A stretch of DNA of 62,220 nt, the filler included, from an uncultured bacterium (GTDB lineage: Bacteria; CAYSBA01), in the NCBI GenBank assembly GCA_964429075.1. It is 9 parts of 9 records of this genome, joined end to end, with 100 filler letters (N's around TTAATTAATTAA, not from the genome) between each part and the next. Parts side by side here need not be neighbours in the genome. Positions count along the whole stretch, not along the records: positions 55,586 to 62,220 come from CAYSBA010000070.1; 8 more parts are not named here. One strand, given 5' to 3'. Below, in pieces: positions 56,329 through 62,220 of this stretch. The position numbers were made by a program, and so were the translations under genes. Each line of letters starts with the position of its first letter. The first letter of the stretch is position 1. The notes beneath the pieces were generated by a model. That model was not told the DNA's origin. It saw only the letters and a program-made list of their open reading frames with translations, and ran no database searches.

Positions 56329-57095
56329 TCCTGCCTCCTTTTGATAATCTCGGCTGCAAGATTAAGATAGTCCTTTGAACCGTATGATGCAATGTTGTAT
56401 AGCATTACCGGTAATCCAAAACTTGGTGCTTCACTTAGTGTAACATTTCTTCTAATAACTGTATTAAATAAAAGACCATCCATATGATTTTTTAGTTCTT
56501 CTAAAACCTGCTTACAGATGTTGTTTCGTTTATCATACATGGTAACAAGTACACCCTCCACTCTAACCACCTTGTTAAGATAACTCTTAATATATTCCAA
56601 GGTTCTGAAGATCTGCCTAAGGCCATCCATAGGGAGAAATTCTGCCTGCACAGGAATAATAACAGAGTCAGCTGCATAGAGGGCATTTATAGTCAAAGGC
56701 CCAAGTGAGGGTGGACAATCAATCAATACATAGTCGAAATCCAGAACTGTTTCTATTAGCTTACGACTTAAAAAGGAATACCTGTTTTCTCTTTCTGCGA
56801 GTTCAAGCTCAAGGGCTGCCATATCTTCAGAGCCTGGAATCACCCATAGGTTCTCTAAATGAACACTTTTTATAGCATCTTTTATGTCTATTCTATCTGA
56901 GAGGATGTCGTGTATGTTCTTTTTTGTATCTTCAATTCCCAACGATATTGTCAGGTTACATTGCGAATCAAAATCAACAAGAAGGACCCTTTTTTCAAGT
57001 ATAGCAAGGGCAGATCCAAGGTTTACACAGGTTGTTGTTTTACCTACGCCACCTTTTTGATTTGCAACGGCTATTATTTTTGCCCCTTCAGACAA
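56325..57095 (-). CDS. parA: chromosome partition ATPase ParA/Soj
   Basis: ANQKGGVGKTTT, DFDSQCN, IDCPPSLG, IPVQAEF, LSEAPSFG; likely TTG start at 57095. Confidence 0.95.
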   Translation of the reverse strand: MSEGAKIIAVANQKGGVGKTTTCVNLGSALAILEKRVLLVDFDSQCNLTISLGIEDTKKNIHDILSDRIDIKDAIKSVHLENLWVIPGSEDMAALELELAERENRYSFLSRKLIETVLDFDYVLIDCPPSLGPLTINALYAADSVIIPVQAEFLPMDGLRQIFRTLEYIKSYLNKVVRVEGVLVTMYDKRNNICKQVLEELKNHMDGLLFNTVIRRNVTLSEAPSFGLPVMLYNIASYGSKDYLNLAAEIIKRRQE

Positions 57096-58629
57096 CTCCT
57101 GCCTCTCTAAGTACAAGATCTGCTGCCAGTTCTGGTGTGATATCATGTGTAATTCTTACAACAGGTGAACCCTCATCAACTGAAGGGGGCTCAATCAGCT
57201 CTTTTTGTTTTAAAAATATTTCATAATCACCATCAGAGGTATCATAATATCTTTTTTTTGTTGATCTTATCATGGCTTCCTTTTCATCTATATCCATATA
57301 GACAATTATTACCCCAGTACCAAGACTCTTTGCCACCTCAATAAATCTCTGTCGGTGTCTTCTCTTTATAAAGGTGGCATCTGCCACTACAGACCATCCT
57401 TCTGAAAGTGAATTCTGCACAGCTTTGAGAAGTTTTTTGTATACCCTATCACTTACAGGAGAAGAATAGACCATTTCTTTAAATTCGTCAGGAACACTTG
57501 TAATTGGAGTGAATCCAAAAAGATCCTTTCTTATTGAATCTGAACGATAGATTAATGAAGGGAACCTGTATGATATTTCATCAGCAAGTGTGCTCTTCCC
57601 CGAGCGAGATGGCCCACACATCAAAAATAGTACAGGCCTCTTTTCTCTTTTAATTAGATTGTAGGCAAGATCGAAATAGCCCTTTGCCTCCTCTAAAACA
57701 GAGGTTTTTTTTGTATCACTCCAGATAAAAGAGTTGACCTTCCCCCGTACATACGCCCTGTAAACGAGATAGAACCTTAGAACTTCGGGCAGCGATATAT
57801 CGGGCTCAATACTCAAATATGAATTCAACAACAAAAAGGCATCATTAATCGAAGATCTATAGATACAATCCATTACAAGAAAGGCAATATCAGAAGCTGT
57901 GTCGATAAACCTGAACCTCTCATTAAACTCAATACAATCGGTAACCCAGATTTTACTATCATCTGCATAGATCTGTTTGAGATGTAGATCACCATGACAA
58001 TCTCTTATTCGACCCTTCTTTTTTCTATTTATAAAAACAGATTCTCGCTCTAAGAAATCGTAGGAGTATTCTTTTATTGCATCATAGATATCCTTATCTA
58101 TGGTCTTTGATATAAAATCTATTGTCTGATTGAAATTCTCTTCGATAGAAATCCTTATGGTCTTAATATCCCCAAAGCGTTCTATATACTCTCCACCTTC
58201 AGCACCTCTATGAAAACAGGCAATCTTTCTGCCTAGTTTTGATAGGAGCGATCTTTTTTGCTCTGTTGTCAAAGCCCTGATCTTTGTAGCCAGAAGGTCT
58301 TCGTCTTTCAACCGCTTCATCACAAGTACCGGTTCAACTCTTCTACCATCCTTTGATAATAAATAGGTCCCATTTTTCTCTACAAGGTAGGTAATCCCTT
58401 CATAGATGTCTGGTGAAAGTCGCTGGTTAAGTTTTAACTCTCTTACTATATTCTCCTCTCTCTTTTCATAGCTTGAATAATCGAGAAAACCAAAATCTAC
58501 AGGCTTTTTAATCTTATAGACCCTATCTCCAACCAAAAAAACGGTGGATATGTGAGTCTCCACAACCTTTATATCTCTCTTGCCTTTTCCCCAGAATTCG
58601 GGTGATTGCATTATCTTTTTAATGTCCAT
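57088..58629 (-). CDS. bifunctional aminoglycoside-phosphotransferase-like / AAA_33 P-loop kinase
   Basis: ETHISTVFL...YKIKKPVDFGFLD, RDCHGDLH, DCIEFNERFR, YRAYVRGKV; GPSRSGKST, RSDSIRK, VVADATF. Confidence 0.88.
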   Translation of the reverse strand: MDIKKIMQSPEFWGKGKRDIKVVETHISTVFLVGDRVYKIKKPVDFGFLDYSSYEKREENIVRELKLNQRLSPDIYEGITYLVEKNGTYLLSKDGRRVEPVLVMKRLKDEDLLATKIRALTTEQKRSLLSKLGRKIACFHRGAEGGEYIERFGDIKTIRISIEENFNQTIDFISKTIDKDIYDAIKEYSYDFLERESVFINRKKKGRIRDCHGDLHLKQIYADDSKIWVTDCIEFNERFRFIDTASDIAFLVMDCIYRSSINDAFLLLNSYLSIEPDISLPEVLRFYLVYRAYVRGKVNSFIWSDTKKTSVLEEAKGYFDLAYNLIKREKRPVLFLMCGPSRSGKSTLADEISYRFPSLIYRSDSIRKDLFGFTPITSVPDEFKEMVYSSPVSDRVYKKLLKAVQNSLSEGWSVVADATFIKRRHRQRFIEVAKSLGTGVIIVYMDIDEKEAMIRSTKKRYYDTSDGDYEIFLKQKELIEPPSVDEGSPVVRITHDITPELAADLVLREAGVV

Positions 58630-59968
58630 CTTCTTTGATCTTCCTGTAAATGGTTCTTGCTGATATACCAAGAATCCTTGCTGCCATCTCTTTATCTCCT
58701 CCTGTTCTCCTTAGGGTGTATCGTATAACCATATCCTCAATCTCGTCAAGTCTTGCACCAAATGGTATTGTAAGTAAATCTTTACTTGTATCTGATTCAA
58801 CATCTGAAAGCACTTCAAGAAGTATATTTTTATCGATTAGTCTTTCGTCAACTGTCAGTGATAGGCGTTCTACAAGATTTTCCAGCTCCCTTACATTACC
58901 AGGCCAATGATAAGACCTTAATACAGAAAGACCGTCTCTTGTGAATCCTTCCACTTTTATATCCTCATGCTTATTCTTTATCCGCTTTAAAAAATGCTCT
59001 ACTAAAAGTGGTATATCCTGCAGCCTCTCTCTTAATGGTGGTATCGTTATTTTCATAACATTTAATCTATAGTAAAGATCTTCCCTAAACCTGCCTTCTT
59101 CAACCTCATGCTGGAGTTTTTTATTTGTTGCTGCAATTACCCTTACATCTACATGAATGCTTCGTGTAGAGCCAATGGGCATTATTTCACCACTCTGCAG
59201 GAAACGCAACAGTTTTACCTGAAGCTCTGGACGTAATTCCCCTATCTCATCAAGAAAGAGTGTCCCTCCAGATGCACTTTTGATCTTTCCTTCGTAGTCT
59301 GTATTGGCCCCTGTAAATGCACCCTTTTTAAATCCAAAAAGCTCTGATTCCATAAGACTATCTGGCATCACTGTAAGATCTATAATTTGAAAATATCGGT
59401 TTGAACGTTTGCTCATTTCATGGATCATCCTTGCAACAATCTCCTTCCCTGTACCGCTTTCTCCCTCTATAAGAACAGTTATGTCTGTAGGTGCAATCCT
59501 TTCTATTATCTTTTTTACCCTTTTAATCTGAGGTGATTCGCCGACAAGAACAGGGTTGGTATAGTTTTTTAATCTTTTTTTAAGCTCTCTATTTTCAAGA
59601 GATAGTATTCTCCTCTCAATTGCCTTTTCTACAGATTTTAAAACAAAAACAGATTTTAGGGGTTTTGCAATAAAATCAAATGCACCCTCTTTCATTGCAG
59701 ATACAGCACGTTCAATTGTACCATAGGCTGTAACCAGGATCACCTCTATATCCGGCCATTTTGTTTTTATTTCCCTGAGGAGTTCCAGCCCATCCATCTT
59801 ATCCATAACAAGATCAGTAATAACAAGGTCAATCTCCTTCTGCCTTAGAAGATCAAGCGCAGAAATAGCATCTGTAGCGGTGTCAATTTCATAGTCCTTT
59901 GCAGAAAGGATCCTCTTCAAAGATTCAAGGTTTTCTCTGTTGTCATCAACCAATAAAATCCTGTACAT
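58619..59968 (-). CDS. sigma54-dependent response regulator (NtrC/AtoC family)
   Basis: Receiver (LVDD, TDLVM, TAYG, KP), GESGTGKE, ESELFG..KGAFTGA, FREDLYYRLNV, WPGNVREL, Fis HTH. Confidence 0.95.
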   Translation of the reverse strand: MYRILLVDDNRENLESLKRILSAKDYEIDTATDAISALDLLRQKEIDLVITDLVMDKMDGLELLREIKTKWPDIEVILVTAYGTIERAVSAMKEGAFDFIAKPLKSVFVLKSVEKAIERRILSLENRELKKRLKNYTNPVLVGESPQIKRVKKIIERIAPTDITVLIEGESGTGKEIVARMIHEMSKRSNRYFQIIDLTVMPDSLMESELFGFKKGAFTGANTDYEGKIKSASGGTLFLDEIGELRPELQVKLLRFLQSGEIMPIGSTRSIHVDVRVIAATNKKLQHEVEEGRFREDLYYRLNVMKITIPPLRERLQDIPLLVEHFLKRIKNKHEDIKVEGFTRDGLSVLRSYHWPGNVRELENLVERLSLTVDERLIDKNILLEVLSDVESDTSKDLLTIPFGARLDEIEDMVIRYTLRRTGGDKEMAARILGISARTIYRKIKEDGH

Positions 59969-59978
59969 AATTAATCCC

Positions 59979-60587
59979 TTATGGAGAAACAGGAGCGCAG
60001 ATAACATCCATATCCTGAAATGTATCCGGGCAGGAATTTACACAGAATCCCCTCAATTCGCTCGAATATTTAAGATCAATACCACTCCATCCAAGGATCA
60101 GGACAAAATAGATACCATCTTTTATGGTAGAAAGATCCGGTGGATCTTTATCCCTATCCGGTAGCCCATCTGTATCAACTCCATTGCCGTCTGTATATCT
60201 TACATTTCCTGTTACTCCTTTTTCGAGAGAAGAATTCCATGACCAGATGATATGCTTTCGTGAAGATTCAGGAATGTTTGAGGATTCTGGCTGAGGGATC
60301 GGGGCATCGAAGATATAGATTGCATAAAAATCTGCATCCTTCTGCTCATATTGTATAAAAAATTTAGATGGATTGCTAAAGTCAACCTCCTGACATCTCA
60401 ATGGCATGTAGAATTTTAGTAGCTCTGTACCCTTAATGAAGGGATTTTCAGGTACTGTAAAACTGTATCCTACACAACTATCACCAATGCAGTTATCCCC
60501 ATCTTTTGCTGCATTTTTTGCAGCACAACCTTCTAAAATTATTATTGAAAATAGTATCATCAATATCCTATAATGCATTGTTTTCAT
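59979..60587 (-). CDS. hypothetical lipoprotein
   Basis: Signal with LEGC lipobox; several Cys; codirectional with neighbours. Confidence 0.65.
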   Translation of the reverse strand: MKTMHYRILMILFSIIILEGCAAKNAAKDGDNCIGDSCVGYSFTVPENPFIKGTELLKFYMPLRCQEVDFSNPSKFFIQYEQKDADFYAIYIFDAPIPQPESSNIPESSRKHIIWSWNSSLEKGVTGNVRYTDGNGVDTDGLPDRDKDPPDLSTIKDGIYFVLILGWSGIDLKYSSELRGFCVNSCPDTFQDMDVICAPVSP

Positions 60588-60589
60588 CT

Positions 60590-61684
60590 CTAAAACCTAT
60601 ACCTTACTCCTGCTGCAAGATAAAGGCCAACTGGAAATAGCTCTCTCTTCTCATAGACCGGACCACCAAAAGGGTTAAAGTGTTTTTCTTCTATCAAGAC
60701 CTTACCTCCCATCCTGTATGCAAATTTCAGCTGAGGGACAAAACGCGATAGGGGATAAAATGAAACATTTATACCAATTTTATAAAAGAAGGATGTACCA
60801 TCAATTAATTCAGGAAGTCGTTTTTTTATTTCTTCATCCACTTTAATCGTTAGACCGGTCGTAAACAGATATCCTAAACCCACACCTGCAGCAAAATCTA
60901 TTATATCAGCTAATTGAAATACCATATAATCTGTATAAAAAAGTAGATAAAGAGAAGAGAGACTACCTGTGTATGTCCTGGTCTCTTCAGTTGGATTTGT
61001 TGCAGTCTTAAGATCTACATACGCACTATTGAGCCCTGAACTTAGATAAAATCTAAACCTTCTGTAAGAATGCACATAGCTAAGGGATAATAATATCCCC
61101 TTTTTTAATCCCTTCTGCGGGATATTTAAGCCGGCAGTAAGATCTATTCCATTCAACCTCCTCTCTTCGATAAGGTTTTTAAAGCGTATCCAGCCACTAT
61201 ATCTCTTTTTAAATAATTTCAACAAGATCTTCTTGGTAAACTCAGAAAACCTCTCTTTATTTCTAACAAGGACAGCAACCCTTTCAACAGATTTACCACT
61301 CTTTGGCTCAAGTAGAGTAAATATCAAAGAAATAACATCACCCTCCTTTGATACCGATCCTGTAAGAACAAGATCAGCTCCAAGAAGGCCTGCAATATTG
61401 GTGTAACAATTTATGTTTTCACATCCCAAAAGCTGTTTCTGTTGCTCCAGAGTAAGTAATTCTTTTACCTCATCCATCGTTATTGAATGATACTCATCAA
61501 AGCTTGCTACCACTGCAGATGCAATCTTGGTTGCAAGTTTTGCATAGCCACTACTAATTGCATCCTGAGACTTTACTGGCATAATCAGAATCTCTTTTTC
61601 TTGCCTTTTTTCTTCTGCCTTGGCTGTTAGCGGTAGACACAATAAGAGCATAAAAATGGTATATATATATCTCATCATGTTCAT
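60590..61684 (-). CDS. secreted protein: TolB-N/CsgG-like domain plus C-terminal small OM beta-barrel
   Basis: Signal peptide (AKA); LEQQKQLLGC....C...IAGLLGADLVLTGSV motif; amphipathic strands ending GVRYRF. Confidence 0.65.
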   Translation of the reverse strand: MNMMRYIYTIFMLLLCLPLTAKAEEKRQEKEILIMPVKSQDAISSGYAKLATKIASAVVASFDEYHSITMDEVKELLTLEQQKQLLGCENINCYTNIAGLLGADLVLTGSVSKEGDVISLIFTLLEPKSGKSVERVAVLVRNKERFSEFTKKILLKLFKKRYSGWIRFKNLIEERRLNGIDLTAGLNIPQKGLKKGILLSLSYVHSYRRFRFYLSSGLNSAYVDLKTATNPTEETRTYTGSLSSLYLLFYTDYMVFQLADIIDFAAGVGLGYLFTTGLTIKVDEEIKKRLPELIDGTSFFYKIGINVSFYPLSRFVPQLKFAYRMGGKVLIEEKHFNPFGGPVYEKRELFPVGLYLAAGVRYRF

Positions 61685-61873
61685 TTTATTTTTTATAAAA
61701 ATTGCCCAAAAAAAACAAGCCATAATTATGTGTATAAAAGAATCAGTTGCCTGCCTGAGACTGATGTAATATTGGTTGATATGGATGTATCTTTTTGCTC
61801 TTTTTCTGATAGAAAAAAATAACCCTTTATTACGAGGTTGACAATCCCATACAATTGTATATCTAAAAAGGCT

Positions 61874-61960
61874 GGAGAGATGGCCGAGTGGTTTAAGGCG
61901 TCTGATTCGAAATCAGGTGTCCCGTTTTCGGGACCGGGGGTTCGAATCCCCCTCTCTCCG
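61874..61960 (+). tRNA. tRNA-Ser(CGA)
   Basis: Acceptor GGAGAGA/TCTCTCC, D-arm TGGCCGAGTGGTTTAAGGC, anticodon arm TCTGA-TTCGAAA-TCAGG, long variable arm, T-loop GGTTCGAATCC, discriminator G; CCA not encoded. Confidence 0.95.
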
Positions 61961-61981
61961 TAGGGCTTATAAGGAGGTTTT

Positions 61982-62220
61982 ATGTCATCTTCTTCAAATA
62001 TTCTTGTAAAGGAAAAACTACCCTATGTACATGAAATTATTATAAACAAACCACCTCTTAACATCCTTGATCTTGAGACAATCAGAGATTTAATAGATAT
62101 CCTTAATAGGTTAAAGGATAATAATCGAGGGATCATTGTTCTCAGGGGTCAGGGCGAGAAGGCATTTTCAGCAGGTGTAGATGTTGCAGATCATACGAAA
62201 GATAAGGCGGAGAGGATGAT
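61982..62220 (+). CDS. enoyl-CoA hydratase family protein resembling cyclohexa-1,5-dienecarbonyl-CoA hydratase (Dch/BamR); 3' truncated, absent from the ORF track
   Basis: RBS AAGGAGG; manual translation MSSSSNILVKEK...NKPPLNILDLETI...LRGQGEKAFSAGVDVADHTKDKAERM. Confidence 0.75.
   Translation, partial: MSSSSNILVKEKLPYVHEIIINKPPLNILDLETIRDLIDILNRLKDNNRGIIVLRGQGEKAFSAGVDVADHTKDKAERM

Noticed and set aside
238-60164. Numerous short antisense or nested ORFs in the track (e.g. 451-1035, 7548-8060, 17404-17874, 21477-22547, 55952-56245)
   Set aside because: They are shadows of well-supported genes with no recognisable motifs; those containing X cross linkers.

Overview
This window is not one locus. 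It is nine ~6.6-7.0 kb contigs of a draft or metagenome-assembled genome, ordered by decreasing length and joined by artificial 100-nt N/TTAATTAATTAA/N linkers, so gene adjacency across a linker is meaningless. The organism is AT-rich and looks like an uncultured, probably anaerobic deltaproteobacterium with Myxococcota-like traits (mglB-mglA after recR, bactofilin, Cys-rich repeat surface proteins, a MYXO-CTERM-like tail, an FHA-fused Tad ATPase, sigma54 regulation, multiheme cytochromes). Contig 1: FHA-TadA/CpaF, FHA/TM/TPR protein, nadK, recN, rdgB, TIGR02757-like gene. Contig 2: an apparently complete 7-gene operon with an orphan GlmL-type ASKHA ATPase, a conserved soluble partner and four membrane proteins, with no mutase genes. 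Contig 3: mlaD, Cys-rich lipoprotein, bactofilin, and a carboxyltransferase/enoyl-CoA hydratase/BKACE cluster. Contig 4: Cys-rich/PKD/propeller surface protein, S8 protease, degenerate 5'-nucleotidase/beta-barrel fusion. Contig 5: a putatively sigma54-driven TAT molybdopterin oxidoreductase operon with no NrfD anchor but with a diheme lipoprotein, an outer-membrane barrel and an octaheme cytochrome. Contig 6: a giant Ig-repeat multiheme cytochrome with its own ResB/CcsA. Contig 7: dnaX end, recR, mglBA, split transketolase, recA, nucleoside phosphorylase, recO. Contig 8: a signal-peptide-bearing TcB/TcC-like Rhs protein. Contig 9: parAB, a bifunctional kinase, an NtrC-type regulator, tRNA-Ser(CGA) and the start of a Dch/BamR-like hydratase. 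The two best candidates for undescribed systems are the GlmL-membrane operon (7263-14112) and the Mo-enzyme/porin-cytochrome operon (28575-34919). All family assignments come from motif recognition by eye; no searches were run.
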